Below, in pieces: positions 63,527 through 64,000 of a stretch of 64,000 bases of DNA. The notes beneath the pieces were generated by a model. That model saw only the letters and a list, made by a program, of their open reading frames with translations, ran no database searches and was not told the DNA's origin. A program made the position numbers and the translations under genes. Source of the DNA: a virus; the IMG/VR virus record IMGVR_UViG_3300021197_001743, positions 56,039 through 120,038 of that record. The stretch is one strand, 5' to 3'. Each line of letters starts with the position of its first letter. The stretch's first letter is position 1.

Positions 63527-63848
63527 ATACGCCAAAGACACGAAGAAATATACTTTTTATGCTAAAGACACGCTACATGCAAAATTCAAAGCAAGAATGC
63601 AGTTTCATAGCCTCACACAGTCAGAGTTTCTTCGTGCTTGCGTTGAGGCGGTAGTTGGAGAGGATCCAATGATGGAATTGTTTATCGATCACTACAAAGA
63701 AGAGAACAATAAACAATCCAAGGTTCAAAGAGAGAAGATAAAAAAAGAGAAAGAAAAAAGTAAAGACATACTAAATGACTTTGGACTGGGTGATGGAGAC
63801 ATCGAGGATATTTTCGATTTAATTGCTAAAGAGCACCCAGAAATTTGA
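63516..63848 (+). CDS. ribbon-helix-helix-like protein
   Basis: KKYTFY..DTLHAKFK......LTQSEFLRACV. Confidence 0.5.
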   Translation: MPNKYAKDTKKYTFYAKDTLHAKFKARMQFHSLTQSEFLRACVEAVVGEDPMMELFIDHYKEENNKQSKVQREKIKKEKEKSKDILNDFGLGDGDIEDIFDLIAKEHPEI

Positions 63849-63925
63849 TTTAAATACGTTCTTTTATTTTTTTTATTTCTATTTATAATGAAAAAACGCT
63901 TTAAGGATTAAGGAGATTTATAATT

Positions 63926-64000
63926 ATGGCTAAGAAACTATTAAGCGAGGCAGTTGTCCGCAGATTTGCTAAGTTGGCAAACCTTTCACCCATCAATGAG
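63926..64000 (+). CDS. partial ORF running off the window (MAKKLLSEAVVRRFAKLANLSPINE)
   Basis: AAGGAG RBS; TCTATTTA motif at 63878. Confidence 0.6.
   Translation, partial: MAKKLLSEAVVRRFAKLANLSPINE

Noticed and set aside
1-64000. Stop-codon reassignment
   Set aside because: Conserved genes are full-length in the standard code, and TAA, TGA and TAG all end genes; no suppressor tRNA seen

Overview
A 64-kb segment of a large lytic myophage with a T4-like (gp23-type) capsid; every credible gene is on the + strand. 1-28.2 kb is a virion module: three paralogous small virion proteins, a fibre, an Ala-rich coiled-coil protein, scaffold, major capsid, neck, sheath, two tubes, tail chaperone, tape measure and baseplate. 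28.2-64 kb holds replication, nucleotide-metabolism and accessory genes: minimal PolA, tubulin-like protein, gp32-like SSB, RecA/UvsX, 5'-3' exonuclease, DnaB, NrdJ, ThyX, DnaE, dUTPase, UvsE, methyltransferases and homing-type endonucleases. The most notable items are (i) an alanine-centred translation-rescue and proteostasis set: a ~290-aa mini alanyl-tRNA synthetase, tRNA-Ala(UGC) and a complete tmRNA (both RNAs with G3:U70), plus ClpS, GroES and a J-domain protein; (ii) a probable +1/-2 frameshift in the tail chaperone; (iii) unrelated proteins sharing an N-terminal leader that looks like a capsid-packaging signal; (iv) two clean promoter classes; (v) secreted and lipoproteins in a Myxococcota style, which hints at the host. 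All protein calls come from motif recognition by eye; no database searches were run.
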